A stretch of DNA of 64,000 bases from an uncultured Candidatus Saccharibacteria bacterium (lineage in GTDB: Bacteria > Patescibacteriota > Minisyncoccia > Phycocordibacterales > UBA6899). The stretch covers positions 14,501 through 78,500 of the forward strand of contig CAYXYK010000001.1 of NCBI GenBank assembly GCA_964469335.1, read 5' to 3'. The position numbers were made by a program, and so were the translations under genes. This document shows positions 9,510-20,700 of the stretch, in pieces. A model generated the notes under the pieces. That model saw nothing but the letters and a program-made list of their open reading frames with translations. It was not told where the DNA came from and ran no database searches. The first letter of the stretch is position 1. The number at the start of each line of letters is the position of its first letter.

Positions 9510-10976
9510 CTAGGGCAACCGATTGAAGAGTGGCTTCTCCGGCATTTGATGGATGCGGATCAGCCGAAGAATCTCTTCAGCGGTGCGCGGAATAAAAGGA
9601 AGTAGCAGGTTCGCGATCGAATGTAATCGTTCGACCATTTCTGTGATGAGGACTTTACCTTGTTCAGGATCAGTTTTCACTACTTTGAACGGTTCGGTCT
9701 CTTGAATGTACACATCGAGCTCTGCGACCGCGGACATGACATACCCGAGAGCACGTTTTTGGTCGAACGCGGCGATCGCGTCATCCACCTTTGTGTGCGG
9801 CATCGGCACCGGGGTATGGACCGGCTTATCAAGATGCGTAGTAGCCATACGCATGATTCGACTGGTGAGATTACCTATTCCATTCTGAAGATTCGCCGAG
9901 TAGCTCGTCCGTATCGAATCAAGGGTTAAGTCCCCGTCCTCGAACGATGGCATATCATGCAAAAGAGTGAAGCGGAGTACATCCTCGGGATACGGAGTCG
10001 CCTCCTTATAGAGCTCGATGACGTCGAATGGATTGATCACATTCCCGAGTGACTTCGACATCTTCTGTCCTCCGGAAGTAATGAATCCGTTGATGATGAT
10101 GTGTTTCGAATTCGGAAGTTTTGCCGACATCAGCATTGCTTGCCACATCGCCGACTGTTGGCGATTGTTATCCTTACCACAATACTGTATGACCGGCCAC
10201 CACGCATTGAATCTTCCCATATCATCCGGCCAACCAATCGCGGAGATATAGTTTACGAGTGCATCGAACCAGACGTACATCACATGTTCATCGTCACCTG
10301 GCACCGGAACCCCCCATGACATCTTTGATTTGAGCCGTGAAATTGAGAAATCTTCGAGACCACGCTCAACGAATGCTCGGACTTCGTTACCACGGAAATC
10401 AGGTATCACGAAATCAGGCTGCTCTTGATACAGCTCTAGGAGAGGTTTCTGGTAGCGCGACCAACGGAAGAAATAGTTTTCTTCTTCTCGAATCTCAAGT
10501 TCGCGATTTGGATGAAGTGGACACTTTCCATCTACAAGTTCCGAATCGGTCTTTTCAAGCTCACATCCGACGCAGTATTTGACTCGGTAGAGTTTCTTGT
10601 AGATATCCGACTCACCTCGTTCGTTGGTATTTGTGAGACACTTGTTCCAGAATTCTTGAGCGGCCATGACGTGATGATCATCTGTCGTGCGAACAAAGTT
10701 GTCGACGGAAAGCCCAAGTAACCCCTTTAGTTCACGGAACTTCTCTGCATATCGGTCCGTATAACTTTTCGGATCGATACCCTCTTTTTCTGCCGCCTCC
10801 GCGATCTTTGCTCCATGCTCGTCAGTGCCGGTATTGAAAAACACCTCACTTCCCTTCAATCGATGGTACCGGGCGAGCACATCTGCGCGAATGATCTCCA
10901 TCGCGAAGCCCACATGGGGATCGGCGTTGACATACGGTAGTGTCGTTGTGATGTATACATTGTTCTTCTCACTCAT
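9510..10976 (-). CDS. metG: methionine--tRNA ligase (short form)
   Basis: HIGH-type motif PHVGF, KMSKS, and Cys residues of a zinc knuckle. 488 aa. Confidence 0.95.
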   Translation of the reverse strand: MSEKNNVYITTTLPYVNADPHVGFAMEIIRADVLARYHRLKGSEVFFNTGTDEHGAKIAEAAEKEGIDPKSYTDRYAEKFRELKGLLGLSVDNFVRTTDDHHVMAAQEFWNKCLTNTNERGESDIYKKLYRVKYCVGCELEKTDSELVDGKCPLHPNRELEIREEENYFFRWSRYQKPLLELYQEQPDFVIPDFRGNEVRAFVERGLEDFSISRLKSKMSWGVPVPGDDEHVMYVWFDALVNYISAIGWPDDMGRFNAWWPVIQYCGKDNNRQQSAMWQAMLMSAKLPNSKHIIINGFITSGGQKMSKSLGNVINPFDVIELYKEATPYPEDVLRFTLLHDMPSFEDGDLTLDSIRTSYSANLQNGIGNLTSRIMRMATTHLDKPVHTPVPMPHTKVDDAIAAFDQKRALGYVMSAVAELDVYIQETEPFKVVKTDPEQGKVLITEMVERLHSIANLLLPFIPRTAEEILRLIRIHQMPEKPLFNRLP

Positions 10977-11167
10977 ATGGACATGCTAACACAGGTCAGA
11001 GTTCCATGAAAACAGCTTAGGAATTCTGCGAATTTCACGAGAACAGATTAGCGCTTCGGTTTTGGTGCAATGCGAAGTCTTGGACTGAAAACATGTCGAG
11101 GAGACATAGTCGTCTATGTTGACTCAACTTTTTGAAGGAAAGACAAGCAGTGCGCAAAAACTAAGCG

Positions 11168-12259
11168 CTAATCCTCGAAGATCTTTTTCTCTTTCGCAAC
11201 GTCGCTAATGAATTCCATCAGTATCGCCGTGATCGGCACAGAAAGAATGATCCCGAGGAACCCGGCTACTTTCGCTCCGATGATGAGGGCAAGAATCACC
11301 AGCACCGGAGGAATGCCGATGACCTTACGTACCACCAATGGATAGATTAGATGGCTTTCAAATTGCTGGATGAAGAAATAAACAAGCATCACAATGAAAG
11401 CGGCTTTGACACCCGGGTCCACCGCAAGACTGACAAGATTTCCAGGGGGGTTTATGCCGCTACCATATGCAATCACAAGTCCCGGGACCGCTGAAAGGAT
11501 AGGGCCGAATACAGGGATGAGCTCAAAGAGCATCGCAATGAGCGCTAGGAACAGCGCGGACGGTAACCCCATTAGTGTCATCGCCAAAAAAACCAGCATG
11601 CCGACGAGCACTCCGAGCAATATCTGACCTTGTGACCACAGACCGATCTTCTGCTGTGAGCGACGCCAAAGGTCGAGTATGTAGGCACGAGATCTACTCG
11701 GCGAAACAAGACGAAGCAGATTCTCGATGCCGTGCTCCTGAGCAGAAAGATAAAACGAAAGTACGATGATGAGTACGAAGGAAAGAAAACCTCCAAAGAA
11801 GACACTGTATGACTTGAGTGCTCCCCCTTCAGCAAGACTGTTCTTGATCACTTCAAGCAGGTTTCCGCTCTGTCCGACGTTGCTGATACTGTCCGCAAGT
11901 GCGCTCCCTCCGGAGAGTGGACTCCATAAACTTGAAAGGTCGACATACTTCGGGATGATATCAGCGAGACGTGCCACATCATCGAGCAGCGCCGGAACGA
12001 AGAAATAGAAAATGACACCGAATGTCCCTGCTCCTAGCGCGTAGACGAGCACCAACCCTAGAAGTCGCGGAATGTTGTGCTTAACGAAAAAACGCACAGC
12101 CGGCTCAATGGCCGACGCAAGAATGATCGAAGTGAGAACCACCAGGAAGATATCACGAAGATACCAAAGTGTCGCAAAAAGACCGACGACGAGGATAGTT
12201 CGAAGAATAGTCCCTGTCGAAATGGTGATGTTGTAATCCCCTAATTCATCTTTCTTCAT
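11168..12259 (-). CDS. AI-2E family transporter (PerM/UPF0118)
   Basis: About 8 TM helices with AI-2E family architecture and length. Confidence 0.75.
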   Translation of the reverse strand: MKKDELGDYNITISTGTILRTILVVGLFATLWYLRDIFLVVLTSIILASAIEPAVRFFVKHNIPRLLGLVLVYALGAGTFGVIFYFFVPALLDDVARLADIIPKYVDLSSLWSPLSGGSALADSISNVGQSGNLLEVIKNSLAEGGALKSYSVFFGGFLSFVLIIVLSFYLSAQEHGIENLLRLVSPSRSRAYILDLWRRSQQKIGLWSQGQILLGVLVGMLVFLAMTLMGLPSALFLALIAMLFELIPVFGPILSAVPGLVIAYGSGINPPGNLVSLAVDPGVKAAFIVMLVYFFIQQFESHLIYPLVVRKVIGIPPVLVILALIIGAKVAGFLGIILSVPITAILMEFISDVAKEKKIFED

Positions 12260-12327
12260 TTACACATGATAGCACATCGGGGGGTGCGTCCAATATCCCT
12301 GACTGCACTTCGAATATCCACCAGAAT

Positions 12328-13599
12328 TCAGAATTTTAACAATTTTTCGAACGCTTTTTTATCCTTCCATGGACCGATGAGCGCAAGATTGAGATGCCCT
12401 GTGACAAAGATCTCTCTTGCCACTTTTTGTACGTCTTTAGCCGACACACTGCGCATGCGAGCAATGACTTCTTCAGGCGTCGAGAGCTTCTTGCGAAGGA
12501 TCTCTTGGAAACCGTAATACTCAGTGAGTTCATCTGACGATTCAAGTTCGAGAATCAGTCTCCCCGCTAGCATGTCCTTGGTCTTCAGAAGTTCATCTTC
12601 TCCTACAAGTTCTTCCTTGAGCCGGCAGAATTCATTCACGATCGCCGCGACTGCCTCCTCAGCCCGCTCATTTACGACACCGGCCGATGCCGCGAATATC
12701 CCGTGATCAGTCCAGGCACGATTCGATGCATTCACATAGTATCCAAGTCCCATTTCGGTGCGAACCTTCTGAAATAGGCGAGAACTCATTCCTGACCCGA
12801 GTACTCCGGAAAGTATTGAGAGCGGATAGTACGATGGATGAGTGATCGGGAACGTACGAACGCCGAGTACAAGATGTGTTTGATCGGATTCTTTGAACTC
12901 AACAAGAACCTTTGGCTTCGTCTGAGTATCGACTACTTTCAGTTTTCCGGTTTTCGGCTTACGCTTTTCTCCTCCGAGCGTCTTGGTGATGAAGGAAGTA
13001 ACCTTCTTCACGTCGAACTTCCCCGCAACGACAACAGTGGTCGCATTCGGTACATAGTGTGCCTTGCGGTACGCAAGGAAATCATCACGAGTGAACTTCG
13101 TCACCAGTTTTTTGGGCCCCAAGATCTCCCACCCTGCCGGCTGATCACCGTAGACAAGGGACATGAAGAGATCGTGTACCTTACGCATAGGCATGTCCTC
13201 ATACATGTCTATCTCGCCAACGATCGCACCTTTCTCCTGATCGATATCCTCCTGCTTGAAGAGAGGATTGCTATATATATCAGTAAGTAGGTCAAGCACC
13301 TTCGGGAGGTACGGAGCAGCAACCTTGGCATAGTAGCCGGTATACTCATGCCCGGTAAACGCATTGAATTCTGCGCCTAGACCATCGAGCTCTTCGGCGA
13401 TGACTTGCTGCGAAGGCCTACTCTTCGTGCCCTTGAAGCACATATGCTCAAGAAAATGTGAGATGCCGTTTTTGTCTTTGGTCTCGTATTTCGAACCGGT
13501 TTCTACGAGCACGAGGGCGGTAGCTGTTACTTGCTCCTGCATCGGAATAAGCAAGACACGAAGACCGTTCGGGAGTTTGATGGTGGTAGGTTTTTTCAT
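12328..13599 (-). CDS. M16-family zinc metallopeptidase (insulinase/pitrilysin-like)
   Basis: Inverted zinc motif HFLEH with a downstream Glu (YYGF…E). Two-domain length of 423 aa. Confidence 0.85.
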   Translation of the reverse strand: MKKPTTIKLPNGLRVLLIPMQEQVTATALVLVETGSKYETKDKNGISHFLEHMCFKGTKSRPSQQVIAEELDGLGAEFNAFTGHEYTGYYAKVAAPYLPKVLDLLTDIYSNPLFKQEDIDQEKGAIVGEIDMYEDMPMRKVHDLFMSLVYGDQPAGWEILGPKKLVTKFTRDDFLAYRKAHYVPNATTVVVAGKFDVKKVTSFITKTLGGEKRKPKTGKLKVVDTQTKPKVLVEFKESDQTHLVLGVRTFPITHPSYYPLSILSGVLGSGMSSRLFQKVRTEMGLGYYVNASNRAWTDHGIFAASAGVVNERAEEAVAAIVNEFCRLKEELVGEDELLKTKDMLAGRLILELESSDELTEYYGFQEILRKKLSTPEEVIARMRSVSAKDVQKVAREIFVTGHLNLALIGPWKDKKAFEKLLKF

Positions 13600-13625
13600 A
13601 GTGAGCTTAGAGTATACATGAGAAA

Positions 13626-13648
13626 AAAGAGGTGGTCACCTCTTTGAT
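13626..13648 (-). terminator. terminator hairpin downstream of glyQS
   Basis: aagaggtggtcacctctt followed by a T-run on the minus strand. Confidence 0.55.
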
Positions 13649-13657
13649 CTACTTGCA

Positions 13658-15070
13658 TTATTTCGACAAAAGCGACGAAAGGTCGCCAATCGCTACCCGT
13701 TTCTGCTCTCCTGAATCGCGATCACGGAGGGTTACGGTTTCCTTGTGCTCAACGTTCTCCCCTAGCGTATCAAAGTCGACCGTGACACAGTAGGGTGTGC
13801 CGATCTCATCCTGCCTACGATAGCGCTTGCCTATGTTGCCGTTATCGTCGAATATGACTCGTCCTCCGAGCTCTTTTTTGAGAATTGTGTAGACTTCACG
13901 AGCCTTTGCAACAAGCTCAGGTTTATTCTTCAGTAGCGGGAACACTGCGACCAAAACGGGTGCGACAGTAGCATTGAACTTAAGATATGTGCGTTTCTCT
14001 CCGCTCATTTCGTCTTCAGTGTAAGCCTCGGAGAGAACAGCAAGGATGCTGCGACCGAGCCCGAATGACGGCTCGATGACATGAGGAAGAAAATGTTCCT
14101 TCGTTTCTTCGTCAAAATATTCGAGATTGACCTTACTCCCCGCTTGATGACTCTTGAGATCGAAGTCACCTCGGTACGCCAGGCCATAGAGTTCTTTCCG
14201 CCCAAATGGAAAATCATACTCGAAATCAATGGTGCGTTTCGAGTAATGCGCACGATCGGCGTCCGCTACTTCAAGTTCGTGCACCTTGTCTTTCGAGAGT
14301 CCGATCGCAGCAGTGAAATTCCATACCTGCTTTCGCCAGTGCTCGAAGTATTCCTCCCACGTATCCGCCTTGATGAAATATTCGATCTCCATCTGCTCAA
14401 GCTCGCGAACACGGAAGATGAAGTCACGCGGAGCGATCTCATTTCGGAATGCCTTTCCTATCTGCCCAAGACCGAATGGGAGCTTTGGGTGGAATGAATC
14501 GATGACATTCTTATAATTCACGAACATACCTCCTGCCGTCTCTGGGCGAAGATAACTCACACTTGCGGCATCTTCCGTTGCACCGATCTGCGTCTTGAAC
14601 ATCATGTTGAATTGACGCACTTCTCCAAGCTCATTCTTATCTGGGCTTTTCACTCCATGCTTTTTGATCGCAGCGTCCATGTCCGAGAAGGACATTCCTT
14701 TCACGTCAACTCCAACTTCTTCAAGCAGGTGATCGGCACGATAACGCTTTTTCGTCTTGAGGTCTTCGACCAGGGGGTCGGAAAAACCGCCGACGTGACC
14801 TGATGCGACCCACACATTTGGGTTCATGAGTATCGCGGCGTCCATCCCGTACATATCCTCCCGGTCGTCGACGAACATCTTCCACCAAACATTCTCAATG
14901 TTCTTCTTGAGTGTGACCCCGAGTGGTCCGTAATCCCAAGTACCAGCAAGGCCGCCGTAGATCTCGGATCCCTGATAAATGAAGCCGCGGCGTTTTGCGA
15001 GCGAAATGATCGCTTCCATACGCTCATTCACGGCAGTTTTCTTTTCAGACATAATGCCCATCCTACACAA
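13658..15070 (-). CDS. glyQS: glycine--tRNA ligase, alpha2 homodimer type
   Basis: Class II aaRS motifs with GlyRS-specific collinearity (WDYGPLGV, FRNEI, anticodon-binding C-terminus). The true start is probably the MSEKK a few codons into the ORF. Confidence 0.92.
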   Translation of the reverse strand: MCRMGIMSEKKTAVNERMEAIISLAKRRGFIYQGSEIYGGLAGTWDYGPLGVTLKKNIENVWWKMFVDDREDMYGMDAAILMNPNVWVASGHVGGFSDPLVEDLKTKKRYRADHLLEEVGVDVKGMSFSDMDAAIKKHGVKSPDKNELGEVRQFNMMFKTQIGATEDAASVSYLRPETAGGMFVNYKNVIDSFHPKLPFGLGQIGKAFRNEIAPRDFIFRVRELEQMEIEYFIKADTWEEYFEHWRKQVWNFTAAIGLSKDKVHELEVADADRAHYSKRTIDFEYDFPFGRKELYGLAYRGDFDLKSHQAGSKVNLEYFDEETKEHFLPHVIEPSFGLGRSILAVLSEAYTEDEMSGEKRTYLKFNATVAPVLVAVFPLLKNKPELVAKAREVYTILKKELGGRVIFDDNGNIGKRYRRQDEIGTPYCVTVDFDTLGENVEHKETVTLRDRDSGEQKRVAIGDLSSLLSK

Positions 15071-15100
15071 TTTGAGCGCCAGAGGAAAGATTGTGAGAAA

Positions 15101-17056
15101 TTACTGCACAACGAACTCGCTCTTATCCCCTGCCTTCGGGTCTGCGTCAAGCAGCGTCGACATATCGGGTTTTTTCTGGATGATCTCCTGCCCAGTGAAT
15201 CCGTCAGTTGCCTGGAAGGTGATGTTCTGAAGCACATACGGCTTATCGCCGACCTGGCTCAAACTCGGGAGGAATACTATCTGGAATGCTGCTTCTCGAG
15301 GAGGAGTATTGACTCCGGTACCTGCAGGGATATCTCCGATGTTCCAAGTGACGGTATTGTTCGAGCGATTGAAGGTGATGTTCTCATTCGCTGGGAAGAC
15401 TGCTCCACCCCATGAGATATATGACGGGATGACGCCGGTGATCGATGCATTCTTGATGGCGTTCGATGTATTGATTACATCGAAGAGCACTGTGTAGGTT
15501 GTTTCCTGGTCCACCTTCGGAGGAATCGGTCCGCGGTTCGCAATTGGCCCGACGAAATGCATCAAGTGCGGAACGATCTGTGCTTGGGAAGTGATCTTCA
15601 CATTCTTTGTGATCTCGGTCTTCACCTCCTCGGGGACACCGCTGACTGAGAAATGCTTTCCTCTCACAGTAACGTCTGCAGTAATGACCGGATTCGTGAG
15701 CAGTTTATTATTCGTCACTGACGGAAGCGGCATAAATGAGAATTGAACATACCCCGCTCCTCCAGCCTCAACGTCGGCAAGGTCCTTGTCTCCGCGTTCG
15801 TCCCAAAAGATTGTATTGTCCGAAGAACGGAAGAAGCCCCCTTGCGAAGGATCGACGCTCGTTCGATCGAGGGCGACACCGGAAAGATGGACTTCGATCT
15901 GCGCATTGGTGATCTTCGAGGAAAGGTTGTTGGCCCATTCCACTCGCATGGTCACCCGATTGCCGAACTGCGCGACTGCTTCTTCTGCTGATTTTCCGTT
16001 TATCAAGAGATTGATGCCGATGAAAGGACGCTGAAGGACCACACTGGAGAGTACTTTGTAATAAAGAGTAGCGACATCCCGGGCTGTCTGATCGGCGCCT
16101 GCTCCGACGGAAGTTCGGAACACCGTTTCTTGTGATGCCTCACCGACCAGCACTCCGTGTATCTTGATGCTCTGTTTTGCGGCGGGATTCATGGTACCGA
16201 TACGCCAGACATTGTTCCCGAACGTCGGTTTCGGATCCGCATCGACAAATGTAAATCCGAGCGGGTACTCGACTTTGACCAACACGTCACGGAGCGGTAT
16301 GACCGTATTTGAAAGAGCATTCACTGAAAGAGTGATGTCTTGTCCGGAGTTAAGCTCCTTAAGGGTATCGACGGTGAGATTGACCGGGGCAGCAGCGAGA
16401 TGCACCTGACGGACATCTTCTTTAGTGAAGACAGAGTTGATGTTCTTGAAACGGAACTCAAGTGATGCGCGAAGCTCCTTGTCGGAATTCTCTTCTCCGA
16501 GGAATATCGCTTTGGTGTGGAATTCCACTTCACCTCCCGCAGGAATATCTCCGAGTACTTTCTTTTGATCATGGAGGTCTTTATTCGGGTCCCCTCCGTC
16601 TCGAGTTCCTGACGGATAGATGACCGTGAGGTTGCTGTATTCGAGTGCGACCTGATTCTGGTTCGCTACCTTGATAGTGATGTCCGCAGGCGTGCCAGGA
16701 GTAACTCCGACCGGAACATCGAACGAGATGATGATGTTCTTATCTGAGGGTTTTATCCCGGTGACCATCTGATAGAGAAGATAACCTCCGGAAAGTGCAG
16801 TCGAAAGCATCGCGACAATGACCACGATCTTGAGGATGAGTGCTCCGTAACTTTTCTTTTCCTTGCGCTCTGTCACGATGGTGGTATCCCCCCAATCTGA
16901 GGCAACTTCAATATCCGTCGGGGTGAGTTCTTGATGGTACTCCTCCTTGGGCTGCTCGCCTTGCAGCGGGCGATAGAGCCCACGCTTCGCTCGTTCAATG
17001 CGACTGCTTTCATACTCGGTATCCATATGCAGAAAAATTATACCACACTTGATCAA
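15101..17056 (-). CDS. large membrane-anchored surface protein with repeated beta-sandwich domains (hypothetical)
   Basis: Short cytoplasmic N-terminus, one TM helix (ILKIVVIVAMLSTALSGGYLLY), then about 550 aa of extracytoplasmic Ig-like repeats. No catalytic motif. Confidence 0.6.
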   Translation of the reverse strand: MIKCGIIFLHMDTEYESSRIERAKRGLYRPLQGEQPKEEYHQELTPTDIEVASDWGDTTIVTERKEKKSYGALILKIVVIVAMLSTALSGGYLLYQMVTGIKPSDKNIIISFDVPVGVTPGTPADITIKVANQNQVALEYSNLTVIYPSGTRDGGDPNKDLHDQKKVLGDIPAGGEVEFHTKAIFLGEENSDKELRASLEFRFKNINSVFTKEDVRQVHLAAAPVNLTVDTLKELNSGQDITLSVNALSNTVIPLRDVLVKVEYPLGFTFVDADPKPTFGNNVWRIGTMNPAAKQSIKIHGVLVGEASQETVFRTSVGAGADQTARDVATLYYKVLSSVVLQRPFIGINLLINGKSAEEAVAQFGNRVTMRVEWANNLSSKITNAQIEVHLSGVALDRTSVDPSQGGFFRSSDNTIFWDERGDKDLADVEAGGAGYVQFSFMPLPSVTNNKLLTNPVITADVTVRGKHFSVSGVPEEVKTEITKNVKITSQAQIVPHLMHFVGPIANRGPIPPKVDQETTYTVLFDVINTSNAIKNASITGVIPSYISWGGAVFPANENITFNRSNNTVTWNIGDIPAGTGVNTPPREAAFQIVFLPSLSQVGDKPYVLQNITFQATDGFTGQEIIQKKPDMSTLLDADPKAGDKSEFVVQ

Positions 17057-17072
17057 GCTTGAAGTACCTGTT

Positions 17073-17666
17073 TCAGAGTTGTGTCGCTCTCAGCGCGGAG
17101 TTGACCAATGTCAGTACACGAGGACGTTCGACTTCCACCAATTTGAGCACATCCCTTCTCCCCCACGCATCAGAGTGAAGTAGCGAGGAAAACTCATCTT
17201 TATTCTCCCAATATCCCAACTCCGACAGAAGTCTCACCACGAAAAGAAGCTCCGCCGACCGGAACTCACCGCCACTCGGCTCGTTGTGAAGAAAATCAAT
17301 GGCGGCGAGTATCTCATCGAACAGCCGCTCGTGCCGCTCCTCTCCTTGGATAAGCCTGCGGATGAGTCCAGCGTGCTGTGCAAAGATCAGCCGCTTCTCG
17401 CGGGAGCGCAAAAGCGAAGAATGCGATTCAACTGGGCGCGCAGAAATCAGTTTCCACCCGTGCTTGCCGTGTATGAGATCGATCTCCGCATGAGCGAAAG
17501 TCGTAAGCGCATAGCGTAACTTCGAACGCATCTCTCTGAGGCTCTTCGCGTGCGCAACTACGAGTCCAAGCTCTCGAGTATAGCATGAGAGCAACCGATC
17601 CCCCTCTCCGAAAGGACGGCTCTCCAAAATGAGTGCTTCGGTATGATAGATATGATACGCCACCAA
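17073..17666 (-). CDS. recO: DNA repair protein RecO (short form, no C-terminal Cys4 zinc finger)
   Basis: N-terminal OB fold (EALILESRPFGEGDRLLSCYTRELGLVVAHAKSLR) typical of RecO. Only 197 aa and lacks CxxC pairs. Confidence 0.65.
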   Translation of the reverse strand: MVAYHIYHTEALILESRPFGEGDRLLSCYTRELGLVVAHAKSLREMRSKLRYALTTFAHAEIDLIHGKHGWKLISARPVESHSSLLRSREKRLIFAQHAGLIRRLIQGEERHERLFDEILAAIDFLHNEPSGGEFRSAELLFVVRLLSELGYWENKDEFSSLLHSDAWGRRDVLKLVEVERPRVLTLVNSALRATQL

Positions 17667-17701
17667 TACAGTATATAGTCAGCGGTATCGCGAAACCAGT
17701 A

Positions 17702-20700
17702 TTAGGAAACCTTACTTACCGAAAGCATGTCTCCGACGGAGTAGCTCGCTGCACCAACTGCCGATAGGAGTTCGGACTCAAATTTTCTGGCGACTGCCTC
17801 ATGATCTTTGGTCACAGTAAGGGTGACACGGTCACTCGGCCTTAGATCCGCTTTTTTGCGCAGATCTTGCACTGTACGGATGAGATCACGGAGGTCTCCC
17901 TCCTCCTTGAGCTCGGGAGTGATGGTAGTATCGAGTTTTACTTCTTTCCCTTCACGGATCTCTTTTACGTTTACCTCGTCGGCAACTATCTCGGCAAGCT
18001 CCTTGGAAAGTTTCGGTGCTTCAAGGTAAGCAAGCGGCTGGCGGACCTTGATCCCGGCTTTTGCTCTAGCCTCAAGGGCGAGAGTGACAACCCTTCGAGT
18101 TTCCTCCATGTCAGAGAGGATGGAGCTCGCAGCAACACCGATGTCCGGCCAACTCTCGAGATGCACACTCTCTTTCTTCCCCTCGATCGGAAGTCTGAGA
18201 TAGAGATCTTCGGCGAGAAATGGCATTAGAGGGGCAATAAGGCGCGAGAACTGAAAGAGTACCCATCCTGTTGTCGTTCGAGCAGAAAGCGCATCCGCTT
18301 CATCTGCGCTCTTGAAACGGTCACGGGAGCGGCGTAGATACCATGTCGAGAGGTCATCGAGGAACGGCATGACTGGGCGTGCCGCCTTATCGAGCTCATG
18401 GGTGTCGAGGTGATGCGTCACCTCTGCGTGAGTCTCATACCAACGTGCAAGAATGTAACGGTCGAGGATATTCGATGACTTCGGCGCTTCTCGTGAAATC
18501 GTATGTCCTTCGCTATAGGTATCGAAGAAGGAACGGACATTATCGACACGCAGATTGATCTTCTTAAACACCTCATCAACTCCCATCATCGAAAACCGCA
18601 ATTCTTCCCCTCTGACGACTGGAGAATTGATCATATAGAAACGGAGTGCGTCCGCACCGAACTTCGCCGCAAGCTCAAGAGGGTCTGGGTAGTTCTTAAG
18701 TTTCTTGGACATCTTCTGTCCATCTTCAGCGAGTATGAGACCGGTGGTGATGACGCTTTTGAATGCGGAGCGGTCAAAGAGTGCGACAGAAAGGATAAGC
18801 ATGGTATAGAACCACCCACGGGTCTGATCGACCGCTTCGGCGATGAAGTCCGCCGGGAAATTCTTCACGAACATCTTTCCTTCCGGCGTACGCTCGTCGC
18901 CCATGTAGTGGAACTGCGCGAATGGCATCGAACCTGATTCGAACCAACAGTCGAACACATGTGGGATGCGCTCCATCTTGCCAAGTTCGCAGCTGCAGTG
19001 ATAGGAAACACGGTCGACGAACGGACGATGGAAATCGAGCTCATAGCTATCGTTGTGTGTGATCGGTGCGAAATCAAGCGGGCGAATCTCAGCGTTGTTA
19101 ATGTAGTCTTCTCCCTCGAGCTCTCGCATCGCGGATGCCTCTTCGCGGGTCGCACCCTTTGCGACCGCATTCATGAGCCATACTGAATACTCATGCGCGA
19201 CAATGAGCACTTTCTTACCTTTATGCTTCTGATCGATGTCGTAGAGAAATGCACCGATGCGTTTCTTCATCTCGGTAAGTGTCTCGCCTCCAGGAGTTGG
19301 TTTGTCAAATTTCTCGAGTGTTGAGGTAAAATACGCACGATAGGTCTCGATCGAACAGCCACTGAAATCCCCAGTGTTCACTTCTGCGATCCGCTCGTCG
19401 TAAACTATCTCTTTTTTCGGGATTCCGAATGCATCAGCAGCAAGCTCGGCCGTCTCCTTGGTCCGCAGCAATGGAGAGGAGATGATGATATCAAACTTTT
19501 CTTTGATCTTTGCGGTGGAATTCCTTACTTGCGTCTTCCCTTTCTCAGTAAGATGGAATTCATCGTCTTTCTTGTAGCTGAGGATGCCACGCACGTTGGT
19601 CTCTGCCTCTCCGTGCCGCATGACAAAATACGTATTCGTCCCGCGCGTGCGACCACGGAGTTCGTCGACCGATCCGAACGCTTCGACTTTTCCGCATTTA
19701 TTGCACTTCCACACCGGAAGCGGTGCTCCCCAGTAGCGAGTTCGCGAGATAGCCCAGTCGCGTGCACCTTCGAGCCATTTCCCGAAACGACCGCCCTTGA
19801 TATTCTCCGGGACCCAATTGATCTCATTGTTCTCTTCAATGAGTCGGGGCTTCAATTTGACTACATCGACGAACCATGACGAGGTTGCGTAGTTGAGAAG
19901 CGGCCAATCACAACGCCAGCAGTGCGGATAGGAGTGGACGATATTCTCCTTCGCAAAGAAGGTTCCGTGCTCCTGAAGATACTTGAGCACGAGGATATCG
20001 GTCGAAAGACGCTCTTTGTCGTCGTCACTCTTTGGCTTCACATAGAGTCCTGCAAAATCCTTCACTTCTGACTTCATGGTGCCATCCATCGATACATGCT
20101 GGATGAACGGAAGTTTGAGCTTCTTTGCGAGTTCCATGTCTACTTCACCGAATGCGGGTGCTTCATGCACGATACCGGTACCAGATTCGATGGTGACAAA
20201 ATCTGCAGGAACGACCTTCCAGCCGTTCTCGTGATTCTCTAATTTCTCGTCTGAAGCGTAGTAATCGAAGACTGGCTTATATACTTTACCGATGAGGTCT
20301 TTGGCGGGAACTTCAGTCACAGCATATGACTTTTCGTCGAGTGGAATGCCTGCCTTCTCAAACGTGTGCGCCATTCGCTCCTTCGCCATCACATATGTAT
20401 TGCCCTTGTGTTCCCCGTCTGCGAATTCCACTTTCACGTATGAGATATCAGGATTGACTGCAATCGCTACATTGCCGGGTAGCGTCCACGGCGTGGTGGT
20501 CCACGCGATGAGATAGGTCTTCGGCTCATCAACGAGTTCAAATTTCACATAGACCGAAATATCTTTCACATCTTTATATCCCTGCGCAACCTCTGATGCG
20601 GCAAGAGTGGTCTCGCAGCGCGGACAAATGTGCATCGACTTATAGCCCTCATAGATGAGCTTCCGGTCATAAAGATTCTTGAATGCCCACCAGATGCTCT

